Shown here: piece by piece, positions 1 to 9,411 of the stretch | Layout: each line of letters opens with the position of its first letter | Numbering within the stretch: position 1 is the first letter of the stretch | DNA from: a virus | IMG/VR virus record: IMGVR_UViG_3300025732_000017 | Direction: 5' to 3' (one strand) | DNA: 64,000 bases | Notes under the pieces: generated by a model | Database searches by the model: none | The model's input: only the letters and a program-made list of their open reading frames with translations | Told to the model about the DNA's origin: nothing | Translations under genes and position numbers: made by a program

Positions 1-159
1 AACACCTGAACATCTTGAGCAAGGAATGAAAGACCCTGATGGAAGTGTGCGAACAGTCGCTAGTATAATACATAAAAGAGATCATGATCCTATAACAGAC
101 GCCGCGCGGCCACAACATTTGGGTGATGAAGACTAATAAAATCCCTACTATATAATGGT

Positions 160-579
160 ATGGATTATGAAAACCCCTGGATCTATCTAGATTCGCCTTT
201 TACTTCTGAACAAATAAGCGACCACATTGGCTTTGTGTATAAAATCACAAACACCAACGATGGGCGTTTTTATATTGGCAAAAAACTCTTTACTCGTGCT
301 GGACGAAAGAAAGTCAAGGGCAAGACAAAGAAGATCCGTGTGGAATCTGATTGGATGAAATACTACTCATCATCTGATGAATTGAATGAAGATGTGCAGA
401 AACTAGGTAAGAATGTGTTTCGCCGTGAGATACTCAGACTATGCAAATCAAAGAGCGAATGCACATACTACGAAGCAAAGTATCAATTTGAGTTGTCCGT
501 GTTGCTTGTGAATACATATAACAAATGGATTCAATGCAAGATCAGAAGAAATACACAATTGAGAATTGAACATGAATAA
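160..579 (+). CDS. denA: GIY-YIG endonuclease, T4 endonuclease II (DenA)-like
   Basis: GFVY...FYIGKK GIY-YIG motif, DWMKYYSSS and FRREILRLC segments typical of DenA-like proteins of T4-like phages. Confidence 0.7.
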   Translation: MDYENPWIYLDSPFTSEQISDHIGFVYKITNTNDGRFYIGKKLFTRAGRKKVKGKTKKIRVESDWMKYYSSSDELNEDVQKLGKNVFRREILRLCKSKSECTYYEAKYQFELSVLLVNTYNKWIQCKIRRNTQLRIEHE

Positions 580-1906
580 ATTTTTGCAATCTTCAGTATT
601 TTGTAGTAGACCCTTCACTTCTTTATATATTGCAACTGACGGCACTTTTAGATTTTGCTGTGTAGAAACGCATAATTCTTTAGAAAGCATATCTTTAAAA
701 AACAATATAACAAACACTGATCTGTGTGAACTTTGGAATTCTTCAACCTATCAAAATTTTAGATCTAAATTTCTAAATGATATTCAACCAGATGCATGTC
801 AAAATTGTTTCAAATTGACACAAAAGTCGTGTGATGGGAAACATTATCAATCAAATGGTGCAAGAAGGTTTTTTGATTCGCAATTGGGCATAAACTTTCA
901 AAATTATAATCCCGCAATGGATTTGAGTTCAATAACTTTTATTGAATTGTGGTTTTCAAACAAATGTAATTTGAAATGTAGAATGTGTAATCCAAAACAC
1001 ACAAATCAATTGGTTGATGATTGGAATGATATTTTTCAATCAAACAAAGGTATGCAAGAATTACATTCTTTTTTGAGCGATCAAGAAAAAGAGCAACTAA
1101 AAAAAAGAAGTTGGGACGATGATGAAAGATCTTGGATAAATTTGTCGAATTTCGTAAAAAAAATATATGACAATAATCCCGATCAAATCATTACCTTTGT
1201 CTTATCTGGCGGTGAACCCATGATATGTGAGGGTATGTATAAATTTTTTAATTTTGTGATTGAACATGGTATTTCAAAGAATATCATATTGAGATATAAT
1301 ACAAATCTTACAGTTCTTCCAAACAAAATGTTGGAATATTGGAAATATTTTAAAGTGGTAAATTTATCAATTAGCCTAGATGGTTATGATCATGTAAATG
1401 ACTACATAAGATATCCTTCTAAGTGGAACAAAATAGTTTCAAATATAGATTATGCTAATGAATTATCCAATGAAATCAATATTCGAGCCCAAATTAAACC
1501 AACAGTACAAGCATATAATATATTATCCATAACGGAATTATATGAATGGATGTTGAATAAATCTTTTAATAATTATCCATCAAAAGGAAAAAAGTATAAT
1601 CATATAATGTTTTATAAATTAAATGATCCACTTACAGGTCCTGAAATATTTGATATACAAGTTTTGCCTAAAAAATTAAAAGATATATCAACTAAAAGAT
1701 TATTATCTTTTCTAGAAAAAAATAAAAATAATAATCATATAATAGATACAAACATTTATGAAAGCGGTATAAATTTGATAAAATATCTTTATTCAAAAGA
1801 CAAAACTCATTTATTTACAAAATTTATAGAAACTACAAAATATTTTGATAAAAAAAGAAATCAAAATATTTTAAATATTATGCCAGAACTTAAAGAACTA
1901 TATTGA
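572..1906 (+). CDS. Radical SAM enzyme with SPASM/twitch-type Cys cluster
   Basis: CNLKCRMC (CxxxCxxC), SGGEP, YNTNLT, SLDG motifs; N-terminal Cys cluster (FCSRPF...CC...CQNC). Confidence 0.9.
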   Translation: MNKFLQSSVFCSRPFTSLYIATDGTFRFCCVETHNSLESISLKNNITNTDLCELWNSSTYQNFRSKFLNDIQPDACQNCFKLTQKSCDGKHYQSNGARRFFDSQLGINFQNYNPAMDLSSITFIELWFSNKCNLKCRMCNPKHTNQLVDDWNDIFQSNKGMQELHSFLSDQEKEQLKKRSWDDDERSWINLSNFVKKIYDNNPDQIITFVLSGGEPMICEGMYKFFNFVIEHGISKNIILRYNTNLTVLPNKMLEYWKYFKVVNLSISLDGYDHVNDYIRYPSKWNKIVSNIDYANELSNEINIRAQIKPTVQAYNILSITELYEWMLNKSFNNYPSKGKKYNHIMFYKLNDPLTGPEIFDIQVLPKKLKDISTKRLLSFLEKNKNNNHIIDTNIYESGINLIKYLYSKDKTHLFTKFIETTKYFDKKRNQNILNIMPELKELY

Positions 1907-1931
1907 TTTGAACTTGTTGTGTGATTAAATC

Positions 1932-3185
1932 ATGAATAAAGACATACACGGATATTATGTAGTAAACAATCAAAAATTTCATTCTAAAGTTCAAGCACTA
2001 ATTTGTGCATCTAAACTACTCAATAAAATAAATGAAAAAATTAGTGAATCAAGTTTCAAGATAGAAGATCCTAAAATTTTGATAAAATGGAATTTTAATG
2101 ATGAGGTTTTTCAAGCGTATAATTGGAAAATTGAACCAGAAGAAGATCTAGATACTCTCTATCACAGAAGAGCACTACAACTTAGACAAAAATATGATCA
2201 TATTATTGTTTATTATAGTGGTGGTTCTGATAGTCATAATATGATAATGTCTTTTTTAAATCAAAATTTATTCATAGATGAGATCATTGTTCATCATGTA
2301 AATTCTGGAATAAAAATTCTTGAAAATTTAGAAATGAGTAATGTTGATGCAAGAATACAACCTTTAACTGAGACAAAACTGCAATTATTTCCCAGATTAA
2401 AAGAAATATCGAGTTTATCTCCAAAAACAAAGATAAAGATATTTGATACGACCAATCACACGATTGAAAACTTTTCAAACAAGCAAGACGGAAGCTGGGT
2501 ATTGAACGTTAGAGAAGAGTTGAATCCCATAGATTCCGCAAAATATAATTTTGTTTCTTTTGATGAATACAAGACAATTGTTGAAAAGAATGAAAAAATA
2601 GGAATACTGGTTGGCCTTGATAAGCCAAGATTAAAGATTAGAAATAAAAAAATACATTTGTGTTTTATAGATAGAACCTACAACATGAATTTATTTTATC
2701 CTGAAATAGAAAAATACTCAAACGCTCAAATTGAATTTTTTTATTCTAGTCCTGATGCATGTGATTTGATTTGTAAACAATCACATGCATTAAAAAAATG
2801 GGTTTTGTCTTCCAAACAAAATATATTGTCATTAACTGAAGATTATGAACCAGATTTCTTTGAAAAAACAAAAGAGAAAATATTAACATTAAATAGACTC
2901 TCCAGACTCTTTTTTGAAGAAAACGCAAGACTTTTATTGTATCCAAATACTTGGAAAAAAGATTGGTTTCAAGCAAAGAAATCAACTCTAAATTGGAATT
3001 CGGAAGCGGATCTTTGGTTTCATAATCGCTTCGATGCAAATTCTTTGCATGGATCTTGTTGGAGAAATTCGATCAGATATGTAAGACAAAGAATTAATGA
3101 ACAGTTTTTGGTAAAGTTTGATGATACAACAGGATATGATGGTTTTTGTGAGTATTCAAAATATTATGAAATAGGAAATATTTAA
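1932..3185 (+). CDS. PP-loop (N-type ATP pyrophosphatase-like) protein, substrate unknown
   Basis: YYSGGSDSH = SGGxDS PP-loop. Confidence 0.7.
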   Translation: MNKDIHGYYVVNNQKFHSKVQALICASKLLNKINEKISESSFKIEDPKILIKWNFNDEVFQAYNWKIEPEEDLDTLYHRRALQLRQKYDHIIVYYSGGSDSHNMIMSFLNQNLFIDEIIVHHVNSGIKILENLEMSNVDARIQPLTETKLQLFPRLKEISSLSPKTKIKIFDTTNHTIENFSNKQDGSWVLNVREELNPIDSAKYNFVSFDEYKTIVEKNEKIGILVGLDKPRLKIRNKKIHLCFIDRTYNMNLFYPEIEKYSNAQIEFFYSSPDACDLICKQSHALKKWVLSSKQNILSLTEDYEPDFFEKTKEKILTLNRLSRLFFEENARLLLYPNTWKKDWFQAKKSTLNWNSEADLWFHNRFDANSLHGSCWRNSIRYVRQRINEQFLVKFDDTTGYDGFCEYSKYYEIGNI

Positions 3186-4459
3186 TGATCGATAAAGATA
3201 ATCCGTACTATTATTACTATAGTAAAAACAACACGACATATTTAAGTAAATTTGATGTGCTTAAGTCTGAACCGGATGTGTTTTCAAAAACAAGAATATT
3301 TTTTCATATTCCAAATATTGAAAAATCGTTTAGTGAAATGAATTTATATGAAGAGCCAATTGAAGATCTACAAAAACTTTACTTGGATAGAGCGATTCAA
3401 ATAAGAAATAACTATGATTACGTTGTGTTGTTTTATAGTGGCGGCGCTGACAGTCATTGCATACTAGAAACTTTTATGTTAAATAATATTTTTTTAGATG
3501 AAATTGTAATATTTGATATGTTTGATACTACAACAAAAAAACAAATAGAAATTGAAGATAGTGAAAAATTTTTATATTTGAATGCTGAAGGTCGCGGTCA
3601 TGAAATTGAAAAATCAGCAATACCTTTGGCAAAGTATTTTGTTGAGAATTTTTCACCACGCACTAAAATAACTTATTTTCCTAAAATGCAAGAAGAGCAT
3701 CTTCGTTTTTGGAACAATTTGAGTAAAAATAGTTTTCATGAGAATCTAGATTCAAACGTTACAGAGTTGATTATAAATAGACCTGTTTTTCGTATTAGAG
3801 ACACAAATGTCTTCAATCCAGATTGGAAAAAACTAAAACAAAATAAAAAAGTTGTTCATCTCTGGGGAAGAGAAAAACCAGCAATTCGTTATGATGATCA
3901 TGGGTTTTATTTTTTCTTCAACGATTCTTTATTTCACACCACATTTGATAATAAATATGATCTAACAACAGACGGTCTACCAACATATCATGAATATTTT
4001 CATATACATCCAAGTTCCGCAAAATTGTTTTTAAAACAAGCACACATGTTGGTTAATAAATTACCGAAAAGTTTTTTTTATGAAGATAAAAAAATGATAT
4101 TAGATACAAGATATTACCAAAATAAAGTTTCTGATATCATTTACAATTTTAAAGTAAAATTACCATATCAAGGATTAAAATCTGAAGATCTATTTTTTGG
4201 CTATAAAAATAATCCAAACAATTATCCAAATTTTAAAAAAATTGTTGAACACGCAGGAATAAGAGCAATACAAGCATGGCCAAGCATTATGAAATTTTTC
4301 ATTGACAATAAGAACTTGACTGCAATTGAAAATCATGATAACTTTAAAAAGTTTATCTATGATAATTTTTTTATACAGACAAAAAACAAGAGTTTTAATG
4401 TGTTTAATGATTTAACAACTTTGTGCATAACTAACAAATTTTATTTTAAAAAATGCTAG
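3185..4459 (+). CDS. PP-loop protein, paralog of the upstream gene
   Basis: FYSGGADSH; shares RAxQ(L/I)RxxYD...IDEI and K(E/D)KP segments with 1932..3185. Confidence 0.7.
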   Translation: MIDKDNPYYYYYSKNNTTYLSKFDVLKSEPDVFSKTRIFFHIPNIEKSFSEMNLYEEPIEDLQKLYLDRAIQIRNNYDYVVLFYSGGADSHCILETFMLNNIFLDEIVIFDMFDTTTKKQIEIEDSEKFLYLNAEGRGHEIEKSAIPLAKYFVENFSPRTKITYFPKMQEEHLRFWNNLSKNSFHENLDSNVTELIINRPVFRIRDTNVFNPDWKKLKQNKKVVHLWGREKPAIRYDDHGFYFFFNDSLFHTTFDNKYDLTTDGLPTYHEYFHIHPSSAKLFLKQAHMLVNKLPKSFFYEDKKMILDTRYYQNKVSDIIYNFKVKLPYQGLKSEDLFFGYKNNPNNYPNFKKIVEHAGIRAIQAWPSIMKFFIDNKNLTAIENHDNFKKFIYDNFFIQTKNKSFNVFNDLTTLCITNKFYFKKC

Positions 4460-5754
4460 AAATTATATTTTCCCTATTATTGGGTATTTTTGTCGGAATA
4501 CTTGTTGGATTAGCGCCTGGTGTTGGAATAACAACTTCAGTCGTTTTCATGTATGGTTTTCTCATAGATCAGAGTTTATTGTTCAATATAATTTTTTATT
4601 CTACTCTTTTGAGCACAACACAATATTTTGGTAGTATCCCCACTTTGATATTAGGTGTTCCGGGAGAAACAACTGGACTACCATTGATGAAATTGAGAGA
4701 ACAAATAATAAACGAAAACAAGTTGGAAGATGTATTATTCGGAACATCAATAGGAAGTTTTTTTGCCGCCATCTTTTCTTGTATTCTATGTTGGTATATA
4801 ATTGTAAATTTTTCAAATGTACTATTCTATCTAAAAACTTATATGGTTTTGATATTTTCAGCTATAGGTTTTATACTATCAATTGTTTTTAGTGACAACA
4901 AATTATACCAGTCTTTTTTATTTTTTGTATTTGGCTGGTTGTGTTCAAAAATAGGATTTAATATACAAACAAGAGAAGAGTTCTTGACTTTTAATAACAT
5001 TTATCTATTTGGCGGATTGCCAACAATATCAGTCATCTTTGGCATTTATGGAATACCAAAAATAATAGATTTTTTTAGTATCAATAAGATTGTTTTTAAG
5101 TATGATAATAATGTAAATTCTAGAAAAAAAATAATATGGGAAAACAAATTTGTAATTTTTAGATCTTCAATTATTGGATTTTTTTCCGGATTGATACCTT
5201 TTTGCGGAAATTACATGAGTAGTTTCATAGCATTTTTTATACAAAAAAAGATCGACTCTAAAAATTTTGTGGCTCAGGCAATAAGTTCTGAAACAGCAAA
5301 CAATTCAGGATACATAGCCGTTCTTTTTCCGTTGTTGGCGGTAGGAGTTGCGATGACACCAACTGAATATATTTTTTTGGATATTCTTGAGCAAGGAAAC
5401 ATATCAATAAGCAAAAGCAATGTAAACGAAATACTGTTTACAATTTTTATAACCTTAATGGTTGCAAATATAGTCTGCATGTTTTTTTCTTGGAAAACAA
5501 TCAAATTTATCATGTCTTTCTATCAAAAAATTCATCTACTTGTTCCACTGTTTTTTATTGCTTTTGGTATTTTTACGATATATAATGCTGGTGTTCAATA
5601 CTCACAAGAGATCTATTATTTGATAACTTTTTGTGTTTTTTCATTAATTGGTTTCGTGTTTAGAAGAAAAGACATGATACCATTTATTTTTGCATTCTTG
5701 CTGCAAAACAACATAGAGAATGCATTGATATATACTAAAGCATTGTATTTTTGA
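4453..5754 (+). CDS. tctA: Tripartite tricarboxylate transporter TctA-family permease
   Basis: Many TM segments; GLAPGVG, YFGSIPTLILGVPGE, SETANNSG and PLLAVGV motifs. Confidence 0.85.
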   Translation: MLEIIFSLLLGIFVGILVGLAPGVGITTSVVFMYGFLIDQSLLFNIIFYSTLLSTTQYFGSIPTLILGVPGETTGLPLMKLREQIINENKLEDVLFGTSIGSFFAAIFSCILCWYIIVNFSNVLFYLKTYMVLIFSAIGFILSIVFSDNKLYQSFLFFVFGWLCSKIGFNIQTREEFLTFNNIYLFGGLPTISVIFGIYGIPKIIDFFSINKIVFKYDNNVNSRKKIIWENKFVIFRSSIIGFFSGLIPFCGNYMSSFIAFFIQKKIDSKNFVAQAISSETANNSGYIAVLFPLLAVGVAMTPTEYIFLDILEQGNISISKSNVNEILFTIFITLMVANIVCMFFSWKTIKFIMSFYQKIHLLVPLFFIAFGIFTIYNAGVQYSQEIYYLITFCVFSLIGFVFRRKDMIPFIFAFLLQNNIENALIYTKALYF

Positions 5755-6639
5755 ATGAGGATTATTATGCGTAGATTGATTTTTACCACAATTTGCTTGC
5801 TATTGGCATCACTAAACGCATTTGCACAAGAAATACTTCTTGTAAACACTGGATCTCTTACAGGAAATGTGATGTTTTATGCCAAAGAGACATCAAAAGT
5901 TCTAGAACAAAACAACATGAAACATTCGATAAAGACAACAGGAGACAACTGTGCTTTGGGAAAAATGCTTTGGGATAAGTCTAAAGATCCAACTTTGTTT
6001 TTTACAGGAAACAATTCCGGAAACTTGGATAAAAACATAGAAAACTGTTTCATTAATCCAACCAACGAAAATCTTTTCTATTGGATACTGTCGTCTCCGT
6101 TTTATTTTTGTTCAAGCGGACCTGACGGTAAGACACTACAAGACTTTGTAAAGTCCGGCACATCACATAAAGTAGTAACTGACATAATGCCAGAAATAGA
6201 TGATATTTTTCAAGAAATAGACAAGAGACTAAACATAAAGACTAGATTGGTAAAAGTTGGAAACAACGGAACAAACATATCTGTTAATATGGCCAAATCA
6301 AAAGAAGTTGATTTTACTTTTAAATCGGGCAAACTTGTTTCAAGTCAAACCGGCGGCAATTGCTTTTTCTCAACCAAAAGCACAAAGACGATAAAGACTC
6401 CTAATGAATTGTGGAACACATCTGACATATCGTTTTTGTCTTCTGATTTCTTTATAATGGGAAAAAACTTCAAAGCAAACGAAAAAGATGTAATCGTTTC
6501 ATTAATTCAAAAAGCATGGAATGATAAACCATGGACAGAACTGCGAGTAAAAAGAGAACATGATGACGACATAGTTTCGTTTTCTTCAATCTCGGAGTAC
6601 AAAACAAAAATTGACATGTTACTCAAATCTTTGAGATAA
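5755..6639 (+). CDS. Secreted solute-binding protein, TctC-like (probable start 5767)
   Basis: Signal peptide ending AFA/QE; directly downstream of tctA; sequence divergent. Confidence 0.5.
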   Translation: MRIIMRRLIFTTICLLLASLNAFAQEILLVNTGSLTGNVMFYAKETSKVLEQNNMKHSIKTTGDNCALGKMLWDKSKDPTLFFTGNNSGNLDKNIENCFINPTNENLFYWILSSPFYFCSSGPDGKTLQDFVKSGTSHKVVTDIMPEIDDIFQEIDKRLNIKTRLVKVGNNGTNISVNMAKSKEVDFTFKSGKLVSSQTGGNCFFSTKSTKTIKTPNELWNTSDISFLSSDFFIMGKNFKANEKDVIVSLIQKAWNDKPWTELRVKREHDDDIVSFSSISEYKTKIDMLLKSLR

Positions 6640-6642
6640 GTC

Positions 6643-7161
6643 GTGTTTTTAGAAAAAAATATATGTGATATTTTTTTGTCTCTTTGTACAAAAGACATTG
6701 AAGTTTACAAATCGCATTTTAAAATTCATTACTCAAAAAAAAGAGATTCCACAGACATAGAAAAAAAAATCTATGAAACTTATGCTAGTCATGATAAATC
6801 GTTGTCTACAATATATTATGAATATCAATCTTTGGAATTTAATAAAAAAATACCTAAAGAATTTTATGATTACTACAATTTTGTTGAAGAAAAATGTTAT
6901 ATTAAGATATTGAAAATGCCCCCAGGTAATTTCATGATACCGCATTATGACAATTATTCAGGATTGAAAAACCCCGATGCTGATGCATCTAGATTGTGGA
7001 TTTCTTTGACCGAGCCAAAGTTTGGTCATCTTTTAATTATTAACGATAGGGTTTTTCATATGGTTAAACAAGGAACAGCAACTCGTTTTGAAAAAAACGA
7101 GTTGCATTTTTCAGCAAATCTTGGTTATGAAGATAGATATGTAATGTTAATAACAGGATAA
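6643..7161 (+). CDS. Fe(II)/2OG-type cupin dioxygenase (Asp/Asn beta-hydroxylase-like)
   Basis: PPGNFMIPHYD...RLWISLTEPKFGH...ELH...NLG; HxD...H triad. Confidence 0.7.
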   Translation: MFLEKNICDIFLSLCTKDIEVYKSHFKIHYSKKRDSTDIEKKIYETYASHDKSLSTIYYEYQSLEFNKKIPKEFYDYYNFVEEKCYIKILKMPPGNFMIPHYDNYSGLKNPDADASRLWISLTEPKFGHLLIINDRVFHMVKQGTATRFEKNELHFSANLGYEDRYVMLITG

Positions 7162-7167
7162 CTTTAA

Positions 7168-7821
7168 ATGCATATTTTTAATGATAGTTTATCGGCAGAT
7201 ATATGCAATAAAATGATTAATGTTTCTGAATTTCATTATCAAAAATACGTTGTAGAATATAAAAATCAAAAAAATATAAAATTAATTGTTAAAGATAGAA
7301 ATGAAGTATCTTCAAAATTAAACGATGAATGGTCTAATTTTTATGCTAAAGATGATAGAGAGATACTAATATCAAATGTGTGGCCAACAAAAACATTCAA
7401 AGAAATTCAAATAACAATCAATAATACAAAAAATCGCATAAATTTTGGACCATTTTATGTTCATTATGAATTAGAAGAAATTTTTAATTTAATTCCGGAT
7501 AGTTTTTTAAACAAATTCAATATGAGTAAAAATACTGCCCGAATAGTTTTAAGAAAAAACTTACCTAAAAGAATTTGGCCACCACATAGAGATTATTTTG
7601 TCTCAACTTTTTCAAAACCAATAGATAATATTATTAGATTGTGGATTTCTTTGACAGAGCCAAAATTTGGTCATGTTCTAATTGTAGAAGACAAAATACT
7701 ATATCATCTAAAACAAGGTACAGTTGTTACTTGGGATCCAAAAGAATTACATACTGGTGCAAATCTTGGAATAGAAAATAGATATTTTTTAACCATTGTC
7801 GGAGAAAGTATTCCAAAATGA
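7168..7821 (+). CDS. Fe(II)/2OG-type cupin dioxygenase, paralog
   Basis: PPHRD...RLWISLTEPKFGH...WDPKELHTGANLG. Confidence 0.7.
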   Translation: MHIFNDSLSADICNKMINVSEFHYQKYVVEYKNQKNIKLIVKDRNEVSSKLNDEWSNFYAKDDREILISNVWPTKTFKEIQITINNTKNRINFGPFYVHYELEEIFNLIPDSFLNKFNMSKNTARIVLRKNLPKRIWPPHRDYFVSTFSKPIDNIIRLWISLTEPKFGHVLIVEDKILYHLKQGTVVTWDPKELHTGANLGIENRYFLTIVGESIPK

Positions 7822-9404
7822 AATTGTTGGCCATAACCATAGAATCGCACGATTCTAGTGCAACTTATTTTGACGGAAAAAGATTATTTTTTCATAAAGC
7901 CGAGAGAAGTCTTCAATTAAAAAGATGGCCACAATTTGCTAGAATAACTTTGAATGACGGTAAAAAAATTCCTCTAAACACAAGAGATAAAAGATCTTAC
8001 GATGTGCTAAAAGGATTTTGGGAGCAAGAAGTAAAAAGAGTGTGGAATATCAATTTTTCCGATATTGATCATGTATGGTTTGATGTTCAAGAAACAAATA
8101 GAATAGATCACCACGAGAGACATGCACAAGGTATAAATTTATTAAACTACGAAGAACCTTACGATGCTTTTGTAATCATGGATGGATTGGGTGGAGATGC
8201 TTGGTGGAGCATTTTCAAAAAAGATAAACTATATGTCAAGGGGCACTTTGATAGTTCTGGTGGATCCGTTGGAGTTGGTATGATGATTCTTGCTCATCAA
8301 CTAATAAATGATGTTGAAGCAAGCAAAGTTATGGGATACGTTAGTTATGGAAAAATAAAAGAAGATTTGTTAGAACATTTAAGACAAGAATATGATATGC
8401 AAAGAGTTGGATCACCCATAACATTTCATAGAAAGTGGCCAGGTGGGTTTTCAGAATTTTTGAAAAAAATGGATAGTAATGATATTGATATGAATTCTTT
8501 TGGATCAAAGGAATACTTTACAAATTTTTTCAATAATCATATGGAAATGTTCAAGATTCCTAAAAATGTTAGTTTACAAGAACAATTAGACTATGGTAGA
8601 ACGATATTTGAGAGATCTGGTGAAATTGTTTTGGAAATATTCAAAAAGTATTTGAAACCAACCGATAAAATAGGATATGCTGGTGGGGTTGCTCAAAATG
8701 TAATATGGAATACTACTTTAAAAAAACATTTTCCAAAATTAACAGTTGTGCCATATAGTACAGATGAAGGTTTGTCTCTGGGTATGATGGAATGCATGAG
8801 AAAAAAGTTTAATCTTCCAAAAATGTATTTTGAAAAATATCCTTTCGTAGAAAGTGATCAACATCCAAATTCAATACCAACAGAAGACACAATTAGTAAA
8901 ACTGCCGATTTTCTATCTCAAGGAAAAATTGTCGCTTGGTATCAAGAAAACGGCGAGATAGGACCACGCGCTTTGGGTAATCGATCTATATTCTTGGATC
9001 CTAGAATAGAAGACGGCAAGAATATCATAAACAAAGTAAAGAATAGAGAATCGTTTAGGCCTTTTGGTGCTTCCATTTTGGAAGAGTACGCAAAAGAATA
9101 CTTCGATTTGTCATATCCAAATCCATACATGTTATATGTAGGACAAACTCAAAAAGAAAATTTAAAATGCATTACACACGTTGATGGTACATGTAGAGTT
9201 CAAACTGTAAGCAAAGATTTTCCTAGTTTTATAAGACCACTATTAGAAAACTTTTTCAATAAAACAGGATGTCCTGTTTTGCTAAATACAAGTTTGAATA
9301 TTGCAGGAAAACCAATTGCAGGAAAAATAGATGACGCAAAAAAACTTTTTGCTAGTCAACCAATCGACGTTCTTGTTATAGGAAATGAAATTTATACAAA
9401 GTGA
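7818..9404 (+). CDS. Carbamoyltransferase (NodU/CmcH/TobZ family)
   Basis: HDSSA, HHERHA, DGLG, GGVAQN, EIGPRALGNRS, KNRESFRPF, THVDGTCRVQTV, LLNTSLN. Confidence 0.95.
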   Translation: MKLLAITIESHDSSATYFDGKRLFFHKAERSLQLKRWPQFARITLNDGKKIPLNTRDKRSYDVLKGFWEQEVKRVWNINFSDIDHVWFDVQETNRIDHHERHAQGINLLNYEEPYDAFVIMDGLGGDAWWSIFKKDKLYVKGHFDSSGGSVGVGMMILAHQLINDVEASKVMGYVSYGKIKEDLLEHLRQEYDMQRVGSPITFHRKWPGGFSEFLKKMDSNDIDMNSFGSKEYFTNFFNNHMEMFKIPKNVSLQEQLDYGRTIFERSGEIVLEIFKKYLKPTDKIGYAGGVAQNVIWNTTLKKHFPKLTVVPYSTDEGLSLGMMECMRKKFNLPKMYFEKYPFVESDQHPNSIPTEDTISKTADFLSQGKIVAWYQENGEIGPRALGNRSIFLDPRIEDGKNIINKVKNRESFRPFGASILEEYAKEYFDLSYPNPYMLYVGQTQKENLKCITHVDGTCRVQTVSKDFPSFIRPLLENFFNKTGCPVLLNTSLNIAGKPIAGKIDDAKKLFASQPIDVLVIGNEIYTK

Positions 9405-9411
9405 GGAAAAT